Source of the DNA: a virus
Taxonomy: Duplodnaviria > Caudoviricetes
Virus record (IMG/VR): IMGVR_UViG_3300044691_000265
Coordinates: 1 to 62,521 of that record
Length of the DNA: 62,521 bases
Direction: 5' to 3' (one strand)
Under the pieces are notes generated by a model that was given only the letters and a program-made list of their open reading frames with translations, made no database searches and was not told the DNA's origin. Shown here one piece after another: positions 26,077 through 35,726 of this stretch. The first letter of the stretch is position 1, and each line of letters starts with the position of its first letter. The position numbers were made by a program, and so were the translations under genes.

Positions 26077-27414
26077 CTACTGCCGGCAATTGACGTAGAG
26101 CGTGGCGCCGCTCAGTGCGACGGACGCGCCAAACGTAATCGCGGTGGTCGAGACCGAAGCTATGTCGGTAACGGCGGCTGTGCTGTTCGACGACACGTTG
26201 CAGACAGGCGCGGCCCCCCACGTCTTGCCGAAATTAACGGTGATGGAGGTCTGCGCCGTCCCAGTCGTCACGGTGAACGCATTGTCGTTGCCGCTGGCGA
26301 TTGCCGAACAGCCGGTGCCGCATGACGGACCAAAGCCGCCCGTCACCCAATGGCCTGCACCGTCCAGCGTCAACCCATTAACTACCGTCGTCGTGCCGGT
26401 TGCGGTGGTGCCGAAGACGGCCCGAGTGCCGGTCGCCGCGCCCGTCCAGTTCTCCGTGGCCTGGAACAAGACGGTGTTTCCGACAGTGTAGGCTGATCCC
26501 GTGTAGCCGAAGGTCTGGATCGCCCCCAGCGTCTCGCCCGATAGCACGGCGGTCTTGGATGCGTTCGTGCCGTCGGCCCTGCGGAACGTCAGATCGCCGA
26601 GCGCGCCGAAGGCGTCCAAATTCAGCGCGGTGTTGGTGGCGTCGACGTTGGCGATCTCCAGTAGCGTTCCGGCAACGGGTGCTGCCGGGAGCGCCGTGAC
26701 GTTGTTTGTAATAAGCGGGTTTCCGGCGAGAGACGGCGATGTCGCGAGCACAGCGGCGCCCGTGCCGACGGTAGTCGTGATTAGCGTGCCGTTGATCTTG
26801 AACGAGTTACCGGTAGAAAATGTCGTGTCGAACGTCTTGTTCGTTAGCGTGTCCGTCGTGGCCCGGCCGACATAGGTATCGGTGCCCTGAAAGGTTAGCG
26901 TCGTGGCATCGGTACCGGCGAGCGTCAGGCTGTTGCTCGCCGCGAGCGTCTTGCCCGCCGCCAGCGTCAACGTACCCGTACCAGTCGTGATCGTGTTGCC
27001 GTTCAGCGTCGTGGCGGTCGCGGCGCCAAGAGCAGGCGTCACGAACGTCGGTGACGCCGCGAAGGCGAGCGCGCCGCTGCCGGTCTCATCCGAAATCACG
27101 CCAGCCAGTTGGGCCGAGGTCGTGGCCGCGAAGACGCCCAGATTATTGGCCGTAGTCGTGACCGTGCCGCTGGTCGGTAGCGTCACGGTCGTGGGGCCTA
27201 TCAACGTGAAGGTCAGGCCGCCCGTGCCGCCGATACTGAATAGGTGGCCGCCGATCGAGACGACGGTCGATGCGACCGAACCCGAACCAGGCCCGGCCGT
27301 CACATCGCCGGTCAGTTGGGTGAGGCCGCTTGCACCGATCGCGGTGCCCTGCTGGGCGTGTGCGGCGAGCGGCGGCCCGAGCAGCGCGAGCAGGGCGACG
27401 AACCGGGCGCGCAT
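26077..27414 (-). CDS. Fibre-like protein with N-terminal signal peptide
   Basis: MRARFVALLALLGPPLAAHA|Q; LTGDVT, DETGSGALAFA, TDTLTNKT fibre-shaft-like motifs. Confidence 0.7.
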   Translation of the reverse strand: MRARFVALLALLGPPLAAHAQQGTAIGASGLTQLTGDVTAGPGSGSVASTVVSIGGHLFSIGGTGGLTFTLIGPTTVTLPTSGTVTTTANNLGVFAATTSAQLAGVISDETGSGALAFAASPTFVTPALGAATATTLNGNTITTGTGTLTLAAGKTLAASNSLTLAGTDATTLTFQGTDTYVGRATTDTLTNKTFDTTFSTGNSFKINGTLITTTVGTGAAVLATSPSLAGNPLITNNVTALPAAPVAGTLLEIANVDATNTALNLDAFGALGDLTFRRADGTNASKTAVLSGETLGAIQTFGYTGSAYTVGNTVLFQATENWTGAATGTRAVFGTTATGTTTVVNGLTLDGAGHWVTGGFGPSCGTGCSAIASGNDNAFTVTTGTAQTSITVNFGKTWGAAPVCNVSSNSTAAVTDIASVSTTAITFGASVALSGATLYVNCRQ

Positions 27415-27938
27415 CAGAGGAAGTCGGCCGACAGAAAGGCGTGCGTCGAGGCCGTCTTGCTGAAGCAGCCTGTCGTCGACACGCCCATCGTAATGCCGGC
27501 GCTGAACACGGCTGGCGTCGGGAAGGCTGCGGCGAACGACGTCGTGCCGGACGGGAACGCGTAGCACTTGAACGGCGTCACCGCGCCGTCGGCTGGGGCG
27601 GTCGTGGCATTGTAGAGCATCAACCACCAGGCCGCGCCCGACAGCGTCGAATCCGCCGAAACCTCGAAACTATAGAGCGAGCCCGGCGTGGCTTTCGCGA
27701 CCAGGTTCGCTGCCAGCGCCGCCGTCGAGGCTGTGGTCAGCGTCACCGGGGCCGGCGTGATCGTGCCGGTCACCGGCATCGCCACCGACCCGGCCGCGCC
27801 CGTACCGACGAAGGTGTAATCGACCTTGCCGCTGGCTTCCTGGCCGGTCACGACATAAGGCGCCATCGACGTCTGGGCCAGCGCCGAGCCGCCGACCAGC
27901 ACCAGGACCGCGGTAAGCAGGACGCGCAGGGTGTTCAC
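27414..27938 (-). CDS. Signal-peptide beta-rich protein
   Basis: (M)NTLRVLLTAVLVLVGGSALA|Q. Confidence 0.7.
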   Translation of the reverse strand: MNTLRVLLTAVLVLVGGSALAQTSMAPYVVTGQEASGKVDYTFVGTGAAGSVAMPVTGTITPAPVTLTTASTAALAANLVAKATPGSLYSFEVSADSTLSGAAWWLMLYNATTAPADGAVTPFKCYAFPSGTTSFAAAFPTPAVFSAGITMGVSTTGCFSKTASTHAFLSADFL

Positions 27939-28240
27939 CGCCGCCGCACCCATTCCAGCGCCAGCAGGAACAGTGCATACATGCCGATGCCGGTGAGCTG
28001 CAGCACCGACGGGTTCGGCAACACGCTCGACCAGAGCCACCAGGCCGAGAACAACCCGCCGGCTGTGAATAGCGACGACAGCGCAACGACGGTGCGCTGG
28101 CTCAGTGCTTTGAGTGCGAGCAGCAACATCTGAGTTGCTGCGCTGGCTTCTCGGGCAACGTTGGTTTGCGGGGGCGGGGTTGTTTGGGGCGAGATGGACG
28201 GGATTTCGTGTTCGGCGATGGCCTCGAACCCACGCGGCAT
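27935..28240 (-). CDS. Membrane protein (two TM helices)
   Basis: Two hydrophobic segments; ends with RRR. Confidence 0.7.
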   Translation of the reverse strand: MPRGFEAIAEHEIPSISPQTTPPPQTNVAREASAATQMLLLALKALSQRTVVALSSLFTAGGLFSAWWLWSSVLPNPSVLQLTGIGMYALFLLALEWVRRR

Positions 28241-28253
28241 CAATCGTCCCTAC

Positions 28254-28484
28254 CTAGTCGGCTTGGCGCATACTCTCCTTCAAGTCACCAAAAGTCGTGA
28301 ACTCTTGACTCTCAGTTGCCGTTTTCTTGATGACCCGCGAAGTGCCAATATGGAAGTTGCCCAAGACCTTAAACGCTTCGATCTTTTCCGACAAGGAAAC
28401 CTTCTCGTCCATCGCAGCATTTGCGATCTGCATCGCTAGCTTAGCGAGAGACTTCGAAATATCATCATCTTTGCTTTGAGTCAT
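28254..28484 (-). CDS. Hypothetical protein
   Basis: TGATG coupling to the upstream gene. Confidence 0.65.
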   Translation of the reverse strand: MTQSKDDDISKSLAKLAMQIANAAMDEKVSLSEKIEAFKVLGNFHIGTSRVIKKTATESQEFTTFGDLKESMRQAD

Positions 28485-30700
28485 CACTGATTGACCTGGC
28501 TGGCACCGGTCACCGCCATGCGGCCGAGGATCTTGTTGATGATGTCGTCGGCCGGCGAGGCACCGACATTCATGTGCGCGGCGGCGGCGTCGAGTTGCGC
28601 CTTCAACTGGTCCGGCGGCATCTGCAGAAGCCGGCCGATCTCGTTGCGCTCGCCCTCGTTGAACGGAGTCGCGCCGCCATGGTATGGAGCGCCCAATAGG
28701 CCGCGCGCCGCTTGGAAATACCGGCCGCGGCTCAGATCGGTGGCGACGTGCGCGATGTTCGCCAGGCTCTTGTCGACCTCGTCGCTGGCGGTCATCAATT
28801 CAGCCGTGACGCTGTTGGTGCCGGGCATCAGGCGCTGGTCGTTAGCCGCCAGTATCTGCTCTAGCTTGACGTCCTTAATGAACTGGTCGGCCGGCTCATC
28901 ACCGAGGAATCGCCGCATCTTCGTGACGTACGCGGGCTGAAGCATGTCCTTCATCTTCAGCTTGCCGGACCGGGCTTGCGTGTAAGTATCATTGATCAAA
29001 CCGCCCTTCGCGGCTTGCAACTCAGCCGGCGTATAGCGACTGACCTGCTTCTCGAAATCGCTTTCCGACACGGAACCGCGCATGAGTTTTGGCGCCGACT
29101 TATACGCTTCTTCCATCCGGATCGGCTCACCGCCAGCCGCGACCGCGTCCTTGTATGCGGTGTTTTTGAACAACTCTTCCCGCAGTTCGTCGAGAGTGTC
29201 CCGAACAGCTCGCCCCTTGGTGTCTAGGTTCGGCCGACCGAGCGCATCACGGTCGCGATACACCACGTCTCCGAGCGCCCGCTTGACATAGTCCCAGGTC
29301 TGCATCGTTGGGTTCTTGACCTCGATCTCTTCTTCGGTTTCCGGCCCAGGCCCCCATACAGGCTTCCCGGTCTGAGGATCGACGACAGCCTGGCCGGGCC
29401 TCATGACTTTGATTAGGCCGACGTCATCGGGGTTGCGCCCTTCTTCGGCCGCGATCTGCCGAGCACCGGCCAGTGCCTGCTTCACCGACGGGCGCTTCAG
29501 CAACTCGGTCAGCTTTTCACTTTCGAACGGACCGGTGTCGTTCGCAATGTCGTAAAGAGGCTTGGCCAGCTTCCGCAGATCGCGAACAGCGGTGTCGAAA
29601 TTGCCCTGAACCATATGCGGATCGACGCCCGCCGCTTTGCCGAGCGAATTGATGATACGGTCCGGCCTCTCCTGCTGTCGTTGGCGCAGGAACGATTCTA
29701 GTTGGTCCGGCGTCAGACCTTGGCGGCGACCTATCGACAGCAACTGGGAGATCGCCGGCCTGCCGATCGTCTCAGCAGACGTAACCGGCTTACCAGCGAG
29801 GAATGCTTCGTCCTTCAGTAGATCGGGCAGGGTCTTGCCGGTTTTTTGGATCAGTTCCCTGACGTGTTGCATGGCGAACTCGGTCGCCTTCTGCTGTTCA
29901 GCCGGCGTTAATACCTTCGAGCCGGCCGGGCTGCCGGTCACCGCTTGGACGCCCTGTTGCCAAGCCGCAGACAGCGCCGACGTGATCCGGGCCGCCGCCG
30001 GTTTGGCTAGGCTGCCCAGTGCCGGCAACGAACCACCGATGAGCCCGCCAGTGCCGGCGCCTCGAACGGCGTTCCACAGGTGCTCTTCCGGGGTCTTGGC
30101 GTCCTCGGCACCACCAGCGACAGCGCCGGCCGTGCCACCGGCAATGAGGCCGCGCCCAGCGCGTGCCAGCACGGTCTTACCGGCCGCAATCGCATCGCCC
30201 ATAGCTCCCACGCCCGGCGCCGCCAACCCGCCGGCCAATTCGGTCGCAACGGCGCCGACAGGGTGCGCGTCGGAGAACTTCTTTTCGGCCCCCTCGCGAG
30301 CCTTCAGCGTGGCTCGATACGCCTCGCCGGCCGAATACGGCTGCTTTGCCCCGACAAGCGCGCGGCCCGTATTTTCGATGCCGGTCCCGATCGCGGCCTC
30401 GCCGGCTGCCAACTGGTCGCTCAGACCCCAGGTCAAACCCTTCATTCCAGTGTCAAGCGCGCCGGCAAACTGGTCACGTTGGAGCGCCCCCGCGAACTTC
30501 TCGGCGGCGGCCTGGCTCGGACTGCCGACCGTCGTTTTGGTCGCCTGATCGAATTCGTTCCGGACCGCGTCTAGTTGGTCGGCGGACACCTTCGGCGCGA
30601 CCACTTCCTTGAAATAGTCCTGCCGGGCAGATTCCTGCTGGTCGGGCGGGAGCGCCTTATATTCATCGCTGGCCGCGACATCTTTCCATGCCTTGGGCAT
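28484..30700 (-). CDS. Putative internal virion / DNA ejection protein
   Basis: Large helical, Ala/Gly-rich protein in the podovirus ejection-gene position. Confidence 0.65.
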   Translation of the reverse strand: MPKAWKDVAASDEYKALPPDQQESARQDYFKEVVAPKVSADQLDAVRNEFDQATKTTVGSPSQAAAEKFAGALQRDQFAGALDTGMKGLTWGLSDQLAAGEAAIGTGIENTGRALVGAKQPYSAGEAYRATLKAREGAEKKFSDAHPVGAVATELAGGLAAPGVGAMGDAIAAGKTVLARAGRGLIAGGTAGAVAGGAEDAKTPEEHLWNAVRGAGTGGLIGGSLPALGSLAKPAAARITSALSAAWQQGVQAVTGSPAGSKVLTPAEQQKATEFAMQHVRELIQKTGKTLPDLLKDEAFLAGKPVTSAETIGRPAISQLLSIGRRQGLTPDQLESFLRQRQQERPDRIINSLGKAAGVDPHMVQGNFDTAVRDLRKLAKPLYDIANDTGPFESEKLTELLKRPSVKQALAGARQIAAEEGRNPDDVGLIKVMRPGQAVVDPQTGKPVWGPGPETEEEIEVKNPTMQTWDYVKRALGDVVYRDRDALGRPNLDTKGRAVRDTLDELREELFKNTAYKDAVAAGGEPIRMEEAYKSAPKLMRGSVSESDFEKQVSRYTPAELQAAKGGLINDTYTQARSGKLKMKDMLQPAYVTKMRRFLGDEPADQFIKDVKLEQILAANDQRLMPGTNSVTAELMTASDEVDKSLANIAHVATDLSRGRYFQAARGLLGAPYHGGATPFNEGERNEIGRLLQMPPDQLKAQLDAAAAHMNVGASPADDIINKILGRMAVTGASQVNQ

Positions 30701-32751
30701 CAGTCGCCCCACAGGTGAGCGTGCGGGCTCTGGCCGGCGGGCGCGTCGCCGGTCGGGGAGGATTTCTTGCGGCCGAACGTGGCGCGCTGCTCATCCATGA
30801 CGGCGCCCGGCGCCTTCGCAACCGCATCGCTTTCCTGCCGGATCATATCCATTGCGATGTTGATGACCGCCTCCGGATCGTTGTTCTTAAACAACTCTGC
30901 GGTCTCCGCTCGGGCTGAGTCGGACGACGATCCGCTGCGGACCAGCACCTGCGTATAGGCCGACCGCACCGCCTGCAGTGCGATGGCCAGCTTGCGGACA
31001 CGCGTATCGCCGACGCCGGCATCGACCGCCATCTGCACCGCATTCGCCGTCGGATAGTTCGAGCGCGGCAATTCGTGCGACGCTTGCAGCGCCTGCGGAA
31101 TCAGCACGTCCAGTTCCTTGCGGCCAAGACCGATCCTGCCAGCGGTCGTGCCGACCGTGCGCAGCGTGGCGCCTAGCGCCTTGAACGCCTGCATCTGGAA
31201 CGCCTGGTCTTCGGCTGAGATGCCCTGCTCCGTCATCCGGCTGGCGATGGTGTTGCGCAGGGCCGCGATGTTGGCCGAGCCTTGCGTGCCGCGACCGACG
31301 TTCTGGAACACCGTGCCATCGCCGGCCAGATACTGATCGGCCATTTCACTGAGCGTTTCCGGCTCCAAATCCGGCTTGACCGCCTTCATCTGCTTCTGGA
31401 ATTCGACCTCTTCCTGTGCCGTCGGCGGCTTGCCGTACATGTCGGTGAAGTCGCGCTTGAAGTCGGTCAGCAGTTGGGTCTGAACCGAACCGGCCGCCTT
31501 GCCGGAGTTTTGGACCTCGTTGTAGATCGCCAGCGTTTCCGTCGAATTCGGCGGGCGGCCGAGTTGGGCGGTCTTCTCGGCGATCTTTTCCTGGATGGTC
31601 TTCAGTTTCAGGTCGTTGCCGAACGCCTTGACCTCATCCTTGTATTTCGACGACGCCATGAACGCCTGTTCTTCCGCGCCGGATGGCGGCTTGCCGTTCG
31701 TGGCCAGATAGTCGCGGCGCCAGTCGGTCAGGATCTGGGTCTGGGCCGATCCGCTCGGCGTCTTGCTCGAATTCATGACCTCGTTCGTCGCCGCGAGCTT
31801 TTCCATCGCGGTCAGCGGGCGGCCGAGTTCCTTCGCCTTCGCGTTCTGAGCCTCGTCGATCGCCTGCAACTGCAGATCGCTGATCGTGTTTTTGACGCCG
31901 GTCGTGATCGACGAGTACGGGTTCGGCCGCGAGAACACGTTCTTGATCTGCTGCTGCGCCTCCGTGAAGGCGAGCTGCTTTTCGATGATCTTCGACGGGT
32001 CGCCGCTCTGCTGCGCCTCGTTCAGTTCCTTCTGGGCGTTGGTCAGGGCGAAGGTCGATTGCACTTCGAGGTTCTTGCGCTGTAGGTCCGGCAGCACCGT
32101 CAGCAGCCCGCGCGCGGCATTGGCGCGGCTTTCCTGCAGGCTGCCCAGATCCTTATACAGCCCGGCCTCGTTCATAAGCGTCGCGGCCTGGTCGCCGTAT
32201 TTCGCCGCCGTCGCCGTGAGCAGCGCCTGCCCTTCGGCCATGTTGTTGTGCATCCGGTCGAACGCGTCCTGATAGTCCTGGTGCTGCATGTTGTGGCGGT
32301 CGAGTGCTACGTGAATGTTCTCTTTCCAGGCGTCGTAAGCCTGGTTGTAGCTTTCCTCGTCCCGGTTCTTGATCGCCTGCATCGCTGCGGCCGAGCCGTT
32401 CAGCGCGTTGATGATCGGGGTATGCGTAAAGGCACTCGCCGCGATGGCGAAGATCGAGCCGAACGAACCGAACGCCTCGATCGGATCGGTCGAACGCTTA
32501 GCCTTCTCCTTGGCCGCGTCCCACTTTGGCAGATCGACCGGTTCGATGCCGGCATACTTGGTGTCGACGTCCCTGCGGTCCTTGGCGTAATCGGTCTTGA
32601 TCTGCTCGCGCACCGGGTCTTGCTCGGCTTCCTTTTTCTTCTCGATCGTCTGCAGTTTCGCGACCGTCGGCTGCACCCAAGACGTGTCGGCGCCGCCCAA
32701 CGCCGTCTTGGTCAGTGCATCGAGATTGATGTTGTTGAGCGCGTCGGACAT
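30700..32751 (-). CDS. Putative internal virion / ejection protein with an internal duplication
   Basis: 683 aa, helical; two related units containing LGRP...GKPP. Confidence 0.65.
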   Translation of the reverse strand: MSDALNNINLDALTKTALGGADTSWVQPTVAKLQTIEKKKEAEQDPVREQIKTDYAKDRRDVDTKYAGIEPVDLPKWDAAKEKAKRSTDPIEAFGSFGSIFAIAASAFTHTPIINALNGSAAAMQAIKNRDEESYNQAYDAWKENIHVALDRHNMQHQDYQDAFDRMHNNMAEGQALLTATAAKYGDQAATLMNEAGLYKDLGSLQESRANAARGLLTVLPDLQRKNLEVQSTFALTNAQKELNEAQQSGDPSKIIEKQLAFTEAQQQIKNVFSRPNPYSSITTGVKNTISDLQLQAIDEAQNAKAKELGRPLTAMEKLAATNEVMNSSKTPSGSAQTQILTDWRRDYLATNGKPPSGAEEQAFMASSKYKDEVKAFGNDLKLKTIQEKIAEKTAQLGRPPNSTETLAIYNEVQNSGKAAGSVQTQLLTDFKRDFTDMYGKPPTAQEEVEFQKQMKAVKPDLEPETLSEMADQYLAGDGTVFQNVGRGTQGSANIAALRNTIASRMTEQGISAEDQAFQMQAFKALGATLRTVGTTAGRIGLGRKELDVLIPQALQASHELPRSNYPTANAVQMAVDAGVGDTRVRKLAIALQAVRSAYTQVLVRSGSSSDSARAETAELFKNNDPEAVINIAMDMIRQESDAVAKAPGAVMDEQRATFGRKKSSPTGDAPAGQSPHAHLWGD

Positions 32752-32752
32752 C

Positions 32753-34072
32753 TCAGCCGCCGGCTACCTTGGGCGTCCCGAACCCGTTGATTGACGAGGC
32801 GAAATTCGCAATCGCCGAGCCGGTGTCCTTGGTCTGCTGCTGGTTGATCTTCAGCAGGTTCTCGTAGATGCCGCTCGACAGTTGCGTCTCGTCGATCCCC
32901 TGCTGCAGCAGCTTGTCGGCGATCGAGAACGATTGCGTCTGCGCCTGCAGATCGATCTGGGCCAACGCCTGCTGCTCTTGCTGGCTGCCGGCGAGGCCCT
33001 GCGCCGCGAACTGAGACCGCATGGTCGCCTTGGCCGCCGCCGTCGCCTGGTTGATCGCGGCTTGCGCGCCGGGCGGCAGCGTGCCGTTCTGCAGATACGA
33101 GCCGAGTTGCTTGCCTTGCGCCGAAAGCTGGTTCGCCTGCGCGGTGATGTTGCCAAGCTGCGCCGGGTTCTGGTTCTGTAGCAGGTTGTAGCCCAGCCCG
33201 GCGCCGCCGACGATGGCGGACGGGTTCTTGGCGATGAAATCGGTTACGCCGTTTTCCGGAATGCCGAGCGAGTTCATGATTCTGCCGGCGGTCGACGCGC
33301 CGTAGCCGGACCCGCCCGCAGCCGGTGCCGCAGCGCCGCCGGCCCCGCTCGTCGGCGTCAATCCGGTGCCCCCCGTGCCGGCACCGCCCGTCGTCAGTCC
33401 GGTGCCGGCCGAACTGCCGCCAAGCCCGAACCCGCCGGCACTGCCGGGATCGCCGCTGACGCCGCCGCCGAAGCCGGTCGCGACGTTGTTGCCAAGCGTG
33501 CTGCCCGGCGTCAGCCCGGCCAGGGCATCGGTGCCGCCGCCCGTGGTCAGGCCGAGATTGTTCGCGACGCCGACCGCATCGCCCGTGCCGGCCGAGATAC
33601 CGGCGCCGCCACTGGTCAGATCGACCGGAGCCGCGCCCGCCGGGGCAGCGCCGCCGATCGCCGACGCGCCGCCGGCCGTCGACCCGCCAGCACTGGCACC
33701 GCTTGGCGTCAGCGCGCCGGAAATACCGCCGGTCACCGCCCCGGTGAGCGCGCCCGACACCGGGCTGCCGCCCGTGATGCCTGAATTTACCAGCCCGGCG
33801 CCGGCTCCGATCAGCGCGTCGCTGCCGATCGCGCCAAAACCGGTCGCACTGTCGACTAGGCCACCGGCACCACCGAGACCGCCGAGCGCGCCGCCCGTGA
33901 TGCCGCCGGTCAAGGCGCCGATCCCGACATCGCCGCCCGTGATGGCGGACGTGCCGGCGCCCAGCGCCGCACCCTCGGCCGCGGTCGTCGCAATGCCGGC
34001 CGCCGTTGCTCCAAGACCAATATCCGACGCCAGAAACGCGCCGATCCCCAGATCAATTCCACCGGTCGGCAT
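32753..34072 (-). CDS. Gly-rich ejection/pilot-like protein
   Basis: Gly/Ala-rich N-terminus and Gln-rich C-terminus. Confidence 0.65.
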   Translation of the reverse strand: MPTGGIDLGIGAFLASDIGLGATAAGIATTAAEGAALGAGTSAITGGDVGIGALTGGITGGALGGLGGAGGLVDSATGFGAIGSDALIGAGAGLVNSGITGGSPVSGALTGAVTGGISGALTPSGASAGGSTAGGASAIGGAAPAGAAPVDLTSGGAGISAGTGDAVGVANNLGLTTGGGTDALAGLTPGSTLGNNVATGFGGGVSGDPGSAGGFGLGGSSAGTGLTTGGAGTGGTGLTPTSGAGGAAAPAAGGSGYGASTAGRIMNSLGIPENGVTDFIAKNPSAIVGGAGLGYNLLQNQNPAQLGNITAQANQLSAQGKQLGSYLQNGTLPPGAQAAINQATAAAKATMRSQFAAQGLAGSQQEQQALAQIDLQAQTQSFSIADKLLQQGIDETQLSSGIYENLLKINQQQTKDTGSAIANFASSINGFGTPKVAGG

Positions 34073-34839
34073 CACATCACCTCGAACGTTTGATCGGTGA
34101 CGCGAACCCGGCAATCATGCAGATCCAGTTCGAGCGGCGTCGCGCTCACGACCCGGATGTACGGCGTCTTCGCCACGCCGGCCCGGCGGTTGTAGTAGGT
34201 GACCGCCTTCATCGGCTGGCCGCCATGGATCATCGCGACGACGGCGCCGGCAACGACATCGTGGAACTCGTCTTCAATGTGCTCGATCGGGGGGCGCCCC
34301 AGTTCTGCCAGTTGCGCCTGGACCTCGGCATGGAACCATTCCCCGATCGGCCGGAGCTGTTGGGGGCAAGTGTCGGGCCAGTCGGTGAACTTGAGCGAGT
34401 GGATCGGCACCGCGTAGTCCTCGTCGCCCTGTACCCAGCCCTTGGCCGACAACCAGTCGAAGCGCATGCCGATCCGCTGTGCTCCGACCGTTGCCGGCAG
34501 GTTCCCGGTCGGCACCTTCGTGACGATCTCGACGCAATCGGTCCGGGTGAACATGAAGAAAAACGCGTCTCTGGCGGCGGCCAGCGTCCACTTGCCTCGG
34601 CCGCTGCGCAGCACCGACGTGTGCAGTTCATAGAGGCCGGGCAGCAGCTTGTGGAAGATCGCCCCGCCGTGCGCGCCGCACAGCACGACGTTGTCCTGGT
34701 TGGCCACCAGCGCCGTCATGTCGAGCACGCCCTTGCCGCCGATGAACGGGCGCACCGCATCATCGTTGATGATCGTGTTGATCACCGTGGCGTCCGACTG
34801 ACGCTCCAACATCGGGATGGGCATGACGGCCTGCAGCAT
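34072..34839 (-). CDS. GNAT-like virion-region protein
   Basis: YELHTSVLRSGRGKW...MFTRTDCVEIVTKVP...N. Confidence 0.55.
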   Translation of the reverse strand: MLQAVMPIPMLERQSDATVINTIINDDAVRPFIGGKGVLDMTALVANQDNVVLCGAHGGAIFHKLLPGLYELHTSVLRSGRGKWTLAAARDAFFFMFTRTDCVEIVTKVPTGNLPATVGAQRIGMRFDWLSAKGWVQGDEDYAVPIHSLKFTDWPDTCPQQLRPIGEWFHAEVQAQLAELGRPPIEHIEDEFHDVVAGAVVAMIHGGQPMKAVTYYNRRAGVAKTPYIRVVSATPLELDLHDCRVRVTDQTFEVM

Positions 34840-34848
34840 CGCCGCTCG

Positions 34849-35394
34849 CTACCCGTTCAGCCGGATGAAGGGGATGATGCGGTTGTAGAGCCGCCCGAGC
34901 CGGCGCTGGATCGCGTCCTTCGGCACATCGGTGAAGATGTCGACCAGCAGATCGCGCGCCCCCATGCGCTCGGCCCAGTGCCGGAACTCGTCGTACATCG
35001 CCAGGCCCTCGTCCTCGCCCCCCTTGCCGCGCATGAGCACGAAGACTTCCTGCACGTCGGCCATCGGCTGCAGCGGGCTGCGCACGATCTGCGCCAACGC
35101 CACCGCATGCTCCGATCGGACGAACAGGAACTCGTTGCTCTCCATGCAGCCCTTCAGCCAGCCGATGAACATGCGGTCGTTCAGATGCGGAAAGCGCGAC
35201 ATCAACCGCTCCATCAGAAGGACGCCCCAGACGTCCAGATCCGGCAGCGCGAACCGGGTGATCGTGACCGGCAGATACGGCTGCTGCGCGATGACTTCGA
35301 CGACATCGCCCCGGCGTGCCGCATTCATTGCCCGCGCCCGTTCCGATCGGCGTTCCCGTTCATCATCCGACAGGTTCATCTGCGCCACAATCAA
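34849..35394 (-). CDS. Hypothetical protein, possibly GNAT-like
   Basis: EVFVL...LAMYDEFRHWAERMGARDL; start uncertain. Confidence 0.55.
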   Translation of the reverse strand: MIVAQMNLSDDERERRSERARAMNAARRGDVVEVIAQQPYLPVTITRFALPDLDVWGVLLMERLMSRFPHLNDRMFIGWLKGCMESNEFLFVRSEHAVALAQIVRSPLQPMADVQEVFVLMRGKGGEDEGLAMYDEFRHWAERMGARDLLVDIFTDVPKDAIQRRLGRLYNRIIPFIRLNG

Positions 35395-35726
35395 ACTCCG
35401 AGTTTATTGCTGGCTTGATAATGTTCGTTGAAGTTTAGAACGATCCAGGTCGCCAGATCCCCAGGAGAGTTCCAATCTACATCAGTCAGATCATTACCGC
35501 CAATCGCCAGGACGGCGTTTTGATTATTGTGCATTTCTTGGTGTTGATAGATCCATACACCCATATCGTTGACGTTGAACTGGTCAAGCGGATATTCGGG
35601 TAGCCTGGCTCCGACGTCCTGGAAAATGACCCGGTTGATGTCGCGGTGATGCGCCATGTGCGCGAACGCCCACACCGCCATGCTTTCCGGCGTGCTCGGG
35701 ATATTGGCGATATCGGCCAGTCCCAT
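35391..35726 (-). CDS. Hypothetical His-rich structural-region protein
   Basis: HMAHH...HQEMH...NEH. Confidence 0.7.
   Translation of the reverse strand: MGLADIANIPSTPESMAVWAFAHMAHHRDINRVIFQDVGARLPEYPLDQFNVNDMGVWIYQHQEMHNNQNAVLAIGGNDLTDVDWNSPGDLATWIVLNFNEHYQASNKLGV

Noticed and set aside
23904-27414. Diversity-generating retroelement or invertible fibre cassette
   Set aside because: No reverse transcriptase, template/variable repeat pair or flanking inverted sites noticed
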